From an uncultured delta proteobacterium (GTDB lineage Bacteria > Myxococcota > Myxococcia > Myxococcales > Myxococcaceae), in the NCBI GenBank assembly GCA_963771175.1, contig CAVYSY010000032.1, positions 576,001 through 640,000 on the forward strand: a stretch of 64,000 nucleotides of DNA. Direction: 5' to 3'. Both the position numbers and the translations under genes were made by a program. The notes under the pieces are model-generated. The model did no database searches, was not told the DNA's origin, and was given only the letters and a program-made list of their open reading frames with translations. Below are positions 10,581 to 21,487 of this stretch, one piece after another (within the stretch, counting starts at the first letter, position 1; every line of letters begins with the position of its first letter).

Positions 10581-10767
10581 GTGCGTCTGTCCCACAGGCC
10601 CTCCTGGCCCGCCAGTCCTGTGCGAAGTGGGTGCGATGCTACCCGGTCCCCATCCCCCAGGCCAGGAACGTGGCCTGCTCGCCAGCCCTGTTGTCGACTA
10701 GTCGAGACCCGCTATGACGGAGACACGTGCCACCCTTCGGGTGGCCGGAGGGAACCTGGAAGAATCC

Positions 10768-11301
10768 ATGAACACGGTGCCAGAAGGCGAGATGGCCCCC
10801 CAGCGGGGCTGGTGGAGTCGCAATTGGAAGTGGGTGGTGCCCACGGGCTGCCTGGGGCTGCTGCTGTCCTGCGGCTGCCTGGGTGCCGTCTTCATCGGCG
10901 CCATCACCCAGTCCCTCCGGGGCTCGGGCGCCGTCGTCGAAGCGGTGGCCCTGGCGAAGCAGTCCCCCGAGGTGCGGCAGGCGCTCGGCGAGCCCATCGA
11001 GGCGGGCCTGATGGTCCAGGGCAGCATCCAATCCAGCGGGGGCCAGGGCTCGGCCGACGTCACCATCCCGCTCGATGGACCCAAGGCGGATGGCACCCTG
11101 CGCGTGGAGGCCTACAAGGACGGGGAGACGTGGAAGTTCACCACCCTCCAGGTGGAGGTGCCCGGACAGCCCCCCATTGACCTGCTCGGAGCCAGGCCCG
11201 CGCCGCCCGCCAACACCGTCCCCTTCCCCGACACGAGCCCAGAGGAAGAGCCCCTGCCCGAGGAGCAGGAGCCCGACCACGAGGAGGACATCGAACTCTA
11301 G
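10768..11301 (+). CDS. Coa1-like (cytochrome c oxidase assembly factor 1 family) membrane protein
   Basis: WWSRNWKW, one TM helix, ALGEPI..G, IPLDGPKADG. Confidence 0.65.
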   Translation: MNTVPEGEMAPQRGWWSRNWKWVVPTGCLGLLLSCGCLGAVFIGAITQSLRGSGAVVEAVALAKQSPEVRQALGEPIEAGLMVQGSIQSSGGQGSADVTIPLDGPKADGTLRVEAYKDGETWKFTTLQVEVPGQPPIDLLGARPAPPANTVPFPDTSPEEEPLPEEQEPDHEEDIEL

Positions 11302-11371
11302 ACGCGGGAGACCCCGCAACGCCGAAGGGGCGGCGCGAGGAGAAGTCCCCGCCACCGCCCCTCCTGGAGTC

Positions 11372-11393
11372 AGGGCCCGGAAGACCGGGCCCC
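11372..11393. terminator. Hairpin between convergent genes
   Basis: GGGCCCGG-AAGA-CCGGGCCC. Confidence 0.5.
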
Positions 11394-11406
11394 TCTTCAC
11401 GAGCGA

Positions 11407-12375
11407 CTAGCCCTTGGCCTTGTGGATGGCCTCGCGCAGCGCGGGCAGCACCTTGAAGAGGTCCTCCACCAGCCCGTAGTCCGCCACCTGGAAGATGGGG
11501 GCCTCGGGGTCCTTGTTGATGGCGACGATCGTCTTCGAGCTCTTCATGCCCGCGAGGTGCTGGATGGCCCCGCTGATGCCCGCGGCGATGTAGAGCTGCG
11601 GCGCCACGACCTTGCCCGTCTGGCCCACCTGCAAGTCGTTGGGCACCCAGCCGGCGTCGCACACCGCGCGCGAGGCGCCCACCGCGGCGCCCAGCTCGTC
11701 GGCCAGCGCTTCAATCTCCTTGAAGTCGCCCTTGGTGCCACGACCGCCGGAGACCACCACGCGCGCCTCGGTCAGCTCGGGCCGCGCGCTCTTGACCTCC
11801 TTGAAGTCGACGAACTTCGTCTTGCCCGTCTCCACCTTGGGCGAGAAGGCCTTCACCTCGGCGGCGCCCTGACCGCCCTGGGCGGCGGGGAACTCGGTGG
11901 CGCGGATGCTGATGACCTTCACCGGCGTGGTGAGCTTCACCTCGGCGAAGACGTTGCCCGCCCACATGGGCCGGTGGAAGGTGATGTCCGCGCCGCTCCC
12001 GCCAAAGCCCATGATGTCCGTGGCCATGGCGGCCTGCAGGCGAGCGGCCACGCGGGGCATCAGATCCTTGCCCTGGGCGGTGGACGCCATGCCCACGTAG
12101 TCGGCACCGATGGACTTCGCCAGCTCGGCGATGGCCGGGGCGTACGTCTCGGCCAGGTAGTGCTCGAACTCGGGCGCCGTGGCGGTGTGGACCGCCTTGG
12201 CCCCCAGGCCCTTGAGCTCCTCGGTGACCTTGGAAGGATCCTTGGAGAGCAGCACCAGGTGCAGCTCCGCGCCCGCCTTCTCGGCGAGCTGCTTGCCCGC
12301 GCCAATGGCGTTGAGGGTGGCCTTGCGCAGGTTCCCGTCCGGCTGCTGCTCCGCAACGATGAGAACGATCGGCAT
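11407..12375 (-). CDS. etfA: Electron transfer flavoprotein alpha subunit
   Basis: [34 protein letters not shown]. Confidence 0.95.
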   Translation of the reverse strand: MPIVLIVAEQQPDGNLRKATLNAIGAGKQLAEKAGAELHLVLLSKDPSKVTEELKGLGAKAVHTATAPEFEHYLAETYAPAIAELAKSIGADYVGMASTAQGKDLMPRVAARLQAAMATDIMGFGGSGADITFHRPMWAGNVFAEVKLTTPVKVISIRATEFPAAQGGQGAAEVKAFSPKVETGKTKFVDFKEVKSARPELTEARVVVSGGRGTKGDFKEIEALADELGAAVGASRAVCDAGWVPNDLQVGQTGKVVAPQLYIAAGISGAIQHLAGMKSSKTIVAINKDPEAPIFQVADYGLVEDLFKVLPALREAIHKAKG

Positions 12376-12410
12376 GTTCGGCTCCAATCTCGAAGTAGTA
12401 GGGGTCCCGG

Positions 12411-13209
12411 TCAGACGACCTTCGCCTCGTTGCGCAGCTTGTCCACCAGCGTCGCCACGTCCGGCACCTTGATGCCGGCCTTGCGCGGAGGCGGCGCCGC
12501 CATCTTCAGCACCTGCACCTTCGGGGTGACGTCCACGCCCAGCTTCTGCGGCGTCAGCTCCTCGATGGGCTTGCTCTTGGCCTTCATGATGCCGGGGAGG
12601 CTGGCGTAGCGCGGCAGGTTCAGGCGCAGGTCCGTGGTGACCACCGCCGGCAGCGCGCACTCGACCGTGGCCAGGCCGTTGTCCACCTCGCGCACCACGC
12701 GCACGCTCTTGCCGTCCGCGCCCACCTGCAGCGCCGGCACCTTGTTCTTCTCCTGCTCGCTCTCCAGCGACTCCACCTTGGAGGCGAAGGTGGCCTGACC
12801 CCAGCCCAGGTACTCGGCGAGGTACTGGCCCACCTGGTTCTGGTCATCGTCGATGGACTGCTTGCCCAGGACGACCAGGTCCGGCTTCTCCTTCTCCACC
12901 ACCTTCTGCAGCAGGCGCCGCCACGCCCATCTGATCCAGCGGGCCCGTGTGGTTCACCCACACCGCGCGCGCGGCGCCCATGGCCAGCGCGTGCCGCAGC
13001 TGCTCCTGCACTTCCTTGCCGCCGATGGAGACGACCACCACCTCGCCGCCATGCTTGGCAACGAGACGAAGTCCTTCCTCCACACCAATCTCATCGAAGG
13101 GGTTGATCTTGTACTTGAGCCCCTCCTGAACGATGCCCGAGCCGTCCGGCTTCACCTTGATTTTGGACTCGGGGTCTTCCACGCGCTTGGCGGTGACGAG
13201 GATCTTCAC
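12411..13209 (-). CDS. etfB: Electron transfer flavoprotein beta subunit (frameshift ~12917)
   Basis: INPFDEIGVEE, GKQSIDDD, PRYASLPGIMKAK. Confidence 0.9.
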
Positions 13210-13286
13210 GGTCGTCCTTCTCCTTCGAGCGGGTACTCCCAGAAATGGCGTGACGGGCGCGAACTCATGACGCAACGCGCCGCGTC

Positions 13287-13318
13287 GCGGGGCGTTGATT
13301 TACGCATCAACGCCCCGC
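13287..13318. promoter_or_regulatory. Intercistronic stem-loop
   Basis: GCGGGGCGTTGAT-ttacgc-ATCAACGCCCCGC, perfect 13-bp stem between the acyl-CoA dehydrogenase gene and etfB. Confidence 0.5.
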
Positions 13319-13360
13319 TCCGGCAACCGGGAAGAGCAAGGAGCGGACAGTTTTTCTTGG

Positions 13361-14499
13361 CTACTTGAACAGCTCGCGCGCGATCACGAGGCGCTGCACC
13401 TGGCTGGTGCCCTCGTAGATCTGGATGAGCTTGGCGTCGCGCATGAGCTTCTCCACCGGGTATTCCTTGATGTAGCCGTAGCCGCCGTAGATCTGCACGG
13501 CGTCGGTGGCGACCTTCATGGCCATGTCGGCGGAGAAGCACTTGGCGTAGGAGGACTGCAGGCGTGGCCCGCTGGCCCTCGTCCAGCAGCCAGGCGCTCT
13601 GGTGGCACAGCAGGCGCGCGGCCTGGATGTTCATGGCCATGTCGGCGAGCATGAACTGGATGGCCTGGTGCTCGCGGATGGGCTTGCCGAACGTCTTGCG
13701 CTGGGCGGAGTACTCCAGGGAATACTCGAGCGCGGCGCGGGCGATGCCCACCGAGAGGATGGCGGTGATGGGACGGCTGTTGTCCAGCGTCTCCATGGCG
13801 ATGCGCCAGCCCTCGCCCTCCTCGCCGATGCGGTTGGCCACCGGGACGCGCACGTCCTCGAAGGTGAGCGCCACGGTGTCGCTGGCCCGCTGGCCCATCT
13901 TGTTCTCGTGCTTGCCCACGGTGAGGCCCTTGGGACGGCCCTCGACCACGAAGCACGTAATCCCCTTGTGCTTCCTGGCCTTGGTCCACGGTGGCGAACA
14001 CCGTGTACTGGTCCGCGTGGCCACCGTTGGTGATGAAGCACTTGGAGCCGTTGAGGACGTAGTGGTCGCCGTCGCGCACCGCGGTGGTGCTCATGCCGGC
14101 CACGTCCGAGCCCGCCTCCGGCTCGGTGAGGCAGAAGGAGGCGAGCTTGAACTTCTCGGAGAAGGGCGTGAGCAGCCGCTTCTTCTGCTCCTCGGTGGCG
14201 CCCACGATGATGGGCAGGTTCGCGAGGTCATTGGCCGTGATGGAGGTGGCCATGCCCGCGCAGCCCCAGGCCAGCTCCTCGTAGGCCAGGAGCTGGTCCA
14301 GGTGCGACATGCCCAGGCCGCCACACGACTCCGGGAGGGCCATGTTCAACAGGCCGTTCTCCCAGGCCGAGGCGATGATCTCCCGGGGGAACTCGGCGGT
14401 CTCGTCATGATGGGCCGCCTTGGGACGAATGACCTCCCGGGCGAACTTGCGCGCCATGTCCTGCAGGGCACGCTGGGATTCGGAGAGCTGGAAATCCAT
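13361..14499 (-). CDS. Acyl-CoA dehydrogenase (frameshifts ~13985, ~13565)
   Basis: [29 protein letters not shown]-terminal QIYEGT in another frame. Confidence 0.9.
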
Positions 14500-14724
14500 G
14501 GAACCACCCTTTGAATCGAGGAAGACGGGCACAATGTCTCGATGACTGGGTGGGCGTTGTCAACTCCGGGACCTCCACCGGTTGCTCGGACGCCGGACTG
14601 TAAAGTTGAAGGTAATTTGAATGTAATGGATCTCACTGCCATGCCGTGCCATCTACCCACGGTTTGAGAACCATTGAGGCGCCGGAATACCGCCGGCCCT
14701 CAGTATTCGAGGGGGAGTTCCTAC

Positions 14725-16723
14725 ATGCAATCCTGGTTGAAGCTCGCCGGCACGTCCGTGCTGGTATTGGGTCTGTTCGGCTGTGGGGAATCCGAGGAGG
14801 GAGTGGCGGCGATGACGCTGACCCCCTCGCCTCGCTACATCGACGACACGGGCCAGAGCACCACCCTGCGCATCTCCGCCACGGACGCGGCGGGCAAGCC
14901 CGGAACGGGCGACGTGCTGCTGACGGCGGGCGCCGGTTTCCTTGGCGCTGAGAAGCAGAAGACCCTCACGGTGACGCTCGACGAGCAGGGCAAGGGCACC
15001 GCCACCTTCAACTGCCCGGTCGCCCAGGACACGGGGTGCAAGGGCTTCGTGCGCGTCGAGGGTGACTGGAACCAGACCAGCAACGGCACCAGCGTGCAGG
15101 TGGCCAGCACCACCGGCGGCACCGGCGGTGGCACCGATGCCGGCACCGGCGGCACTGGCGGGCACCGATGCTGGCACCGGCGGCACTGGCGGCGGCACCG
15201 ATGCCGGCACCGGCGGCGGCACCGTGACCGTGGGCCCGCCGGCCAACATCGTCTTCCTGCCCGCGAGCGCCAAGTCGCAGCTCGGCATCCACTCCTCCGG
15301 CCTGGAGACCGCCACCCCGCTGATGTTCGTCGTGCTGGACCTGGCGAACAACCGCGTGAAGGACGCGGAGGTCACCTTCTCGGTGACCGGCCCCGCTGGG
15401 GTGTCGCTGACGGCCCTCTTGTCCAAGACAGACGCCCAGGGTCAGGCCACCGTCCTGCTCCAGTCGGGTGACGAGGTGGGTGTGGCCACGGTGACTGCCC
15501 GGGTGACCGGCACCAATCTGTCGGTCAGCACGCCCGGCACGCCCATCATCGGTGCCCGCATCTCGGATGAGGGCCTCGTGGTGTCGTGCGACCAGATCAA
15601 CCTGGCGGCCAACGCGTCGGATACGCCGCCGCGCATCGACCTGACCACCGACTGCAATGCCAAGCTGGTGGACCGCTTCACGAACCCGGTCACGCTGCCC
15701 ACCAGCGTGACGTGGTACTCCGAGGCCGGCTCCATCCAGAGCCCGGTGACCACGGAAACCAGTGCCGCGAAAGCCGCCTTCAGCACCGCCGGCAAGTGGC
15801 CGCCCGTTCCGGTCAGCCCAATCACGTCGTTGGTGCCGGAGGAGACCGAGCCGTCCGTCGACAGCTACAACCCGCGCGACATGCTCGTCACCCTCATCGC
15901 CGTCACCTCGGGTGAGGAGGAGTTCTACGATGGCTCGGGCGTGTCCAACGGCGTGAAGAACGGCAAGTGGGATGTGGGCGAGTGGTTCGTGGACGTGCCC
16001 GAGCCCTTCGTGGACGCCAACGACAACCAGGTCTACGACCGGGGCGAGCAGTTCATCGACACCGAGCGCGTGGATTGCGCCACGGGCACGCGCCAGCCGA
16101 AGAACGGCACGTGGGACGGCCCCAACGGATGCTGGGACGGCAACGTCATGCTGTGGCGGCCGACCCACATCGTCTACAGCGGCTTCAACACCCTCGAGCC
16201 GGCCCCCCGCTGGACCCTCCTCATCGGCCCGGGCAGCACGCCGCTCCCGTCCTCATACACCGTGGCCAAGGGCAGCGCCTCGACCATCAACGTCACCGTC
16301 ACCGATGGCTACCTGAACCGCATGTCTCCGGACGTCTCGACCATCACGGCGGGCAAGGTCGGTGATCGCGGCGGGGTCGAGCTGGCCTGGGTGGATGGCC
16401 TCATCAACTCGCGGACCTACGGCTTCCAAATCATCCACGAGCGCGTCGAGGTCACGCCGGACGCCAGCCAGCCGCGCGGCTACAAGTACGTCGGCCAGTG
16501 CGATCCGAGCAAGGTGCCGCCGACGGGAGCGAGCAGCGATCCCAAGCTCGCCCGGTGCGTGCGGCAGTACAAGTTCGGCAAGTTCGGTCAGGGCAACGAG
16601 GCCACCGTCTTCCTGAAGGGCCTGCCGACGACCGATACCTCTCCCCCGCAGAGCGTTTCCGTCTTCCTGAACGCGGGCAACCCCTTCAGCACGGCGACGC
16701 ACTCCTTCACCGTCACCTTCTAG
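14725..16723 (+). CDS. Lipoprotein with Ig-like (invasin-type) domains and Ca-binding-like repeats; frameshift in Gly/Thr linker ~15160
   Basis: Lipobox LFGC; TDAQGQATV; GEWFVD/EPFVDANDN/GEQFIDT repeats. Confidence 0.7.
15118..15214 (+). repeat. 3 x 33-bp tandem repeat encoding GTGGGTDAGTG (copy 2 is 2 nt short)
   Basis: Direct alignment of the three copies. Confidence 0.8.
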
Positions 16724-16752
16724 CAGTCGGCGGACCCACCGCCTGAAACACG

Positions 16753-16795
16753 ACGGCCACCGCGCTCCACTCCGGAGCCGGTGGCCGTTGTCTTT
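16753..16795 (+). terminator. Intrinsic terminator
   Basis: ACGGCCACCG...CGGTGGCCGT stem followed by TGTCTTT. Confidence 0.6.
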
Positions 16796-16839
16796 GGCAC
16801 CCAGGCCCGGGAGCGCGAGGCCCCCGGGCCCGCCGCCAC

Positions 16840-17496
16840 TCAGGGCTTCACGGCCTTGGGCACCTTCTCCCAGTCGGCCAGGAACTTCTTGATGCCGGCG
16901 TCGGTGAGCGGGTGGTTGGCGAGCTGGGCGATGACGCTGTAGGGGATGGTGGCCACGTCCGCGCCCATGCGCGCCGCCTGCAGCACGTGCACCGGGTTGC
17001 GCACGCTCGCCACCAGCACCTGCGTGGCGAAGTCGTAGTTCTGGTAGATCTCGATGATGTGGGCGATGAGCTCCATCCCGTCCTGGGAGATGTCGTCCAG
17101 GCGGCCCACGAAGGGCGAGATGTAGGTGGCGCCCGCCTTGGCGGCCAGCAGCGCCTGGTTGGCGGAGAAGCACAGCGTCACGTTGGTGCGGATGCCCTCG
17201 GCGGTGAGCGCCTTGACGGCCTTCATGCCCTCCACGCCCATGGGAACCTTCACGACGACGTTGTCGTGAATCTTGGCGAGCTGGCGGCCCTCCTTGATGA
17301 GCTCGGGGGCCTCCAGGGAGACGCACTCGGCGCTCACGGGGCCATCCACGATGGAGCAGATCTCCCGGATGGTCTCCTCCAGCCCGCGGCCCACCTTGGC
17401 CAGCAGCGACGGGTTGGTGGTGACGCCGTCCAGCACGCCCATCGCATGGGCCTTGCGGATCTCCTCCACGTCGGCGGTATCGATGAAGAACTTCAT
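16840..17496 (-). CDS. fsa: Transaldolase / fructose-6-phosphate aldolase (TalC/Fsa type)
   Basis: [27 protein letters not shown]. Confidence 0.92.
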   Translation of the reverse strand: MKFFIDTADVEEIRKAHAMGVLDGVTTNPSLLAKVGRGLEETIREICSIVDGPVSAECVSLEAPELIKEGRQLAKIHDNVVVKVPMGVEGMKAVKALTAEGIRTNVTLCFSANQALLAAKAGATYISPFVGRLDDISQDGMELIAHIIEIYQNYDFATQVLVASVRNPVHVLQAARMGADVATIPYSVIAQLANHPLTDAGIKKFLADWEKVPKAVKP

Positions 17497-17665
17497 CTCG
17501 TCCCCTCTCCAGGTTCAGGTGAGGCTGTTAAGCCTGTAAGCGAAAACCGGTGGGTGCAGAGCTGGGCTCCAGTCCGCCCGCCGGGCGAGCAGGCGCGTAG
17601 CCGATGCCCCCCGGTGCGTCAAGCTGGCAGGCCCGGCCAGCCCGGGGGTACAAGGGCGCCTCACC

Positions 17666-18739
17666 ATGGCCCGAGCCCCCCGAAACGCCGCCCGGAAGCC
17701 CCGCCTCCGAGCCCTCCCCGGTCAAGCCACTCCCGCCCCGGAGCCCGCCCCCCGGGCCTCCCACGACGAGCGCGAGGCCACGCTCGCCTACGCCCGCGGC
17801 GTGCTCGAGGCCGAGGCCCACGCCATCCTCGGGCTGACCGAGCGGCTGGGCGACTCCTTCCTGCGCGCGCTCACCCTGGTGCGCGACTGCCCGGGCCAGA
17901 CGGTGGTCACGGGCATGGGCAAGGCGGGCCTCATCGGCCAGAAGCTGTCGGCCACCCTGGCCTCCACCGGCATCCGCTCCGTCTTCCTCCACCCCGCCGA
18001 GGCCGTGCACGGAGACCTGGGCCGCGTGGCTCGGGGCGACGTCATCCTCGCCCTGTCCAACAGCGGCTCCACCGAGGAGCTGGTGCGGCTGCTGCCCTCC
18101 TTCAAGCGGCTGGGCGCCCCCGTCGTCGCGATGACGGGAGACCCGGAGAGCCCCCTGGCCCGCGGCGCGGACGTGGTGCTGGACATCGGCCGGATTGAAG
18201 AGGCCTGCCCCATGGGCCTGGTGCCCACCGCCTCCACCGCGGCCCTGCACGCCATCGGCGACGCGCTCGCCATGGCCGTGCTGCGCGCCCGCCCCTTCGG
18301 CTCGGCCGAGTACGCCCTGCTGCACCCCGGCGGGAAGATTGGCCGCTCCGTCATGCGCGTCTTCGAGCTGATGCGCTCCGGCCCCGCCAACCCCGTCGTG
18401 CGCGACACCGCGAAGCTCTCCGAGGCCGTGGTGGTGATGACCAACACCCCGGGCCGTCCGGGCGCCACCAACGTCGTGGACCGCCAGGGGCGGCTCGTGG
18501 GCATCTTCACGGACGGAGACCTGCGCCGGCTCGTCGAGCAGGGGCGGACGGACTTCGACCAGCCCATCCGCGCGGTGATGGGCAAGCGGCCCCGCTGCGT
18601 GGGCCCCGAGGTGCTGGTGCTCCAGGCCACCAAGCTCATGCGCGAGTTCCGCGTGGACCAGCTCCCCGTCGTGGACGCGGAGGGCAAGGCCGTGGGCCTG
18701 CTCGACGTGCAGGACCTGCTGGCCGCGCGCTACTTCTAG
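17666..18739 (+). CDS. kdsD: KpsF/GutQ family arabinose-5-phosphate isomerase (SIS + CBS)
   Basis: TGMGKAG, HPAEAVHGDLG, HPGG, GIFTDGDLRR. Confidence 0.88.
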   Translation: MARAPRNAARKPRLRALPGQATPAPEPAPRASHDEREATLAYARGVLEAEAHAILGLTERLGDSFLRALTLVRDCPGQTVVTGMGKAGLIGQKLSATLASTGIRSVFLHPAEAVHGDLGRVARGDVILALSNSGSTEELVRLLPSFKRLGAPVVAMTGDPESPLARGADVVLDIGRIEEACPMGLVPTASTAALHAIGDALAMAVLRARPFGSAEYALLHPGGKIGRSVMRVFELMRSGPANPVVRDTAKLSEAVVVMTNTPGRPGATNVVDRQGRLVGIFTDGDLRRLVEQGRTDFDQPIRAVMGKRPRCVGPEVLVLQATKLMREFRVDQLPVVDAEGKAVGLLDVQDLLAARYF

Positions 18740-18824
18740 GACCCGACATGCCTCCGTGAGTCGTTTGGCTGGAGGTGACTCCCAACGTCAACTATCCTGA
18801 CGCGGGAGCACCATCGGAGGCGAC

Positions 18825-20516
18825 ATGCGCGAGAACGGAAGCACGGGAGGGGAACCCTGGGGGCCGCACTGGCTGTTGCCCCCCGGGACGCGGGTGGCGG
18901 GCTTCACCGTGGAAGGGCTGCTGGCGTCCGGGAGCTTCGGCACCGTCTACCGGGCGAGGCGGGACGGGCGAGCCTTCGCGATCAAGCTGGTGCCCTGGGA
19001 GCCACGAGGCGACCGAGAGGTGGACGCCCTGCGCCGGGTGCGGCACCCGAACGTGGTGGGCTTCCATGGCTACGGCCTCTGGCCGGACGACGCGCCCCGC
19101 TTCCTGGTGCTGGCGCTGGAGCTCGTCGAGGGACGCACGCTGGAGGTGTGGGTGCTGGAGGAGAACCCCTCCGCGCTCGAGCTGGTGAGCCAGGTACTGC
19201 GGCCGCTCGCGAGCACCCTGGTGGCAGTGCATGCCGAGGGCGTGGCACACCGGGACGTGAAGGAAACCAACGTCATCATGCGCGAGGCGGACGGGCAGCC
19301 GGTGCTGGTGGACTTCGGCGCGGCGGGGTACGAGGGCGCGCCGCGCCTGACGATGCGACTGCCACCGGGCACCCCGGAGTACCGCAGCCCCGAGGCGCTG
19401 CGCTTCGCTCGTGAATGGGAGGGCGAGCCCTACCCGTCCCGGCCCGGAGACGACCTGTGGGCACTGGGCGTCACCACCTACTGGCTGCTGACGCGCACAC
19501 TTCCCTTCGGTGACCGGAACGACCTGGGACTGGTGCAAGCCATCCTCCAGCGGACCCCCGAGGCTCCGCACGAGCGCAACCCGCGAGTGCCTCGGGCCCT
19601 GGGCGAGCTGTGCCTGCGCATGTTGGAGAAGGCCCCCGAGGCCCGGTACGCGGACGCCCAGGCGCTCGCGAAGGCCCTGGAGGAATTGGAGTCCCTGGCG
19701 GATGACTCCTGGCATGCGCCGCTCTTCCCGGGGGACAGGAAGAAGAAGAACCCTGTTCCCGCCCCTCACGCGGGAACGAAGTGGTGGCCCTGGGTTGCCA
19801 TCGCTGGAGTGGTGGTGGGACTGCTCCTCCTGCCCGCGGCTCCGCGGCACGCGCCGGTCGAGGACGCACCGGCCACCCCACGCGATGCGTCCCCCGCGCC
19901 GCCCCCGCCGCGACAGGCCAGCACTGGCCAGGAAATGGCGCCGGCCGGGCCAACGGCAGAAGTTGTGTCCGGCGCGGAACCCGAGAGGTCACCCACCCCC
20001 GCGCCCGTCGCCCGCGCGACGCACAGCGAGGAAGTCCCGATGCTCAAGTCCAAGAAGATCCGTTCCATGGCCGCCGCCGGTGCCGTCTGCGTGGGCGCCG
20101 CGTGCGCGAGTGGTCCGCAGCAGCGCCCGCCCCCGGTTCCGGAGAACTGCCCAACCGGTGCGTGGGAAGCGCAATGGGAGATAGGCATCCGCCCGTTCGA
20201 GGCGCGACTCGCCTACTTCTCGCCCACAGAGAAATCCGCGGTCGTCCAGGTGCAAGAGGGAGACGTCACCGTCTGGATCGCCGACTCCGGTGACTTCCCG
20301 GACGACATTCGCATGTCCGGGCGCATCTACTTCGACCAGGGCCGTATCCATGGCCGCTTCACCCAGGCTTTGTACCCGACCGGGGAGGTGATTCCCGTGT
20401 GCTTTCAGCTCATGGGCCTGGCCGGCACTGAGATGGAGCCTGGCAGCACGTCGGACAAGGTCCTCATGAGATCGCCCGTCGAACTCATCGCCGTGACTGG
20501 TTTCAGCACCAGATAG
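18825..20516 (+). CDS. Hanks-type Ser/Thr protein kinase with TM segment and C-terminal extracytoplasmic domain
   Basis: GSFGTVY, AIK, HRDVKETN, DFG, GTPEYRSPE, DLWALG. Confidence 0.9.
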   Translation: MRENGSTGGEPWGPHWLLPPGTRVAGFTVEGLLASGSFGTVYRARRDGRAFAIKLVPWEPRGDREVDALRRVRHPNVVGFHGYGLWPDDAPRFLVLALELVEGRTLEVWVLEENPSALELVSQVLRPLASTLVAVHAEGVAHRDVKETNVIMREADGQPVLVDFGAAGYEGAPRLTMRLPPGTPEYRSPEALRFAREWEGEPYPSRPGDDLWALGVTTYWLLTRTLPFGDRNDLGLVQAILQRTPEAPHERNPRVPRALGELCLRMLEKAPEARYADAQALAKALEELESLADDSWHAPLFPGDRKKKNPVPAPHAGTKWWPWVAIAGVVVGLLLLPAAPRHAPVEDAPATPRDASPAPPPPRQASTGQEMAPAGPTAEVVSGAEPERSPTPAPVARATHSEEVPMLKSKKIRSMAAAGAVCVGAACASGPQQRPPPVPENCPTGAWEAQWEIGIRPFEARLAYFSPTEKSAVVQVQEGDVTVWIADSGDFPDDIRMSGRIYFDQGRIHGRFTQALYPTGEVIPVCFQLMGLAGTEMEPGSTSDKVLMRSPVELIAVTGFSTR

Positions 20517-20539
20517 GCCCGTTCTGAAGGCTGCTCCCC

Positions 20540-21478
20540 ATGCTCCCAGCATCCCCGCAATCCGTGCTGATCTTCGTCCTTCTTCAAGGCGCCCCCGTCT
20601 CGCAGCCCCCCGTGGATGCGCCTTGCGAGGACATACGGCGTATCGAGTTGTCGTTACAACCCACGGCGGCAACCCGCGAGGTCTGCGTCAGCCCAGGGTT
20701 CGTGACGAGCTTTCTGTTCGATACACGCGCTGAAGTAGACATCCAAGAGGAGGTGCGCTTCGTGGAGGTGATGCGAGGGCGCGGCGGCATCGGTCTCGTT
20801 CCTCCACGGGACATGGCTCCTGGAGAGCGCCTCCGGGTCACGGTTCGCTTCGGAGACGACGCTCCCCAGGAGAGCGTCACCTTCGTCCTGGTGGCCTACT
20901 CGGAGCAGGCCACGCGCCAGGTGGAGGTGTATCGTGACCAGCGCCCACGAGAGACCTACCAGCACGAGATAGCCCAGGAGCGCACGAAGGTCCGGCAACT
21001 ACTCTCGGACCTCCATCAACTGCGGTCACAAGTCGAGCAGGCCAACGACTTCCGAGGTCTCGTCTTCGGTAGGATGCTGATGCTGCCGGGCATCCTCAAA
21101 CAGAATATTCCAGCGACGCTGGTGGACCACTCAGAAAGCGACCTCACCGTCAAGTCCGGCACCAGCTATCGGTCCGACAAGAGCGTGGCTGTGCAATTGA
21201 GGCTGGAGAACCTGAGCGAGGAGCCGTGGACGGTGGTGGAGGCGGCTCTCACGGTCAATGGCGAGCCGCAGAAGGGGCTCATTTGGGTGGCGGAGAACAT
21301 TCCTCACAACAAGACAGGCCAGGTCATGGTGGAGGTTGACGCCCAACGGGACAAACTCCAAGGCAGCGCCACGCTGACCCTGCGGGGGAAGGACTCTCGC
21401 GTCATCACCCTTTCAGGGATCACGTTCCCGGAGGACGTCGCTCCGACGACGAAGGCCCCACAGGACTTGCCCCGGTAA
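20540..21478 (+). CDS. DUF2381 family protein (myxobacterial)
   Basis: EVCVSPG, RQVEVYR, coiled coil, C-terminal ITFP; directly follows the kinase. Confidence 0.75.
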   Translation: MLPASPQSVLIFVLLQGAPVSQPPVDAPCEDIRRIELSLQPTAATREVCVSPGFVTSFLFDTRAEVDIQEEVRFVEVMRGRGGIGLVPPRDMAPGERLRVTVRFGDDAPQESVTFVLVAYSEQATRQVEVYRDQRPRETYQHEIAQERTKVRQLLSDLHQLRSQVEQANDFRGLVFGRMLMLPGILKQNIPATLVDHSESDLTVKSGTSYRSDKSVAVQLRLENLSEEPWTVVEAALTVNGEPQKGLIWVAENIPHNKTGQVMVEVDAQRDKLQGSATLTLRGKDSRVITLSGITFPEDVAPTTKAPQDLPR

Positions 21479-21487
21479 CGAGTCGCG

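Noticed and set aside
10281..10595. PQQ biosynthesis locus
   Set aside because: No pqqA, pqqB, pqqC or pqqE nearby; PqqD fold only
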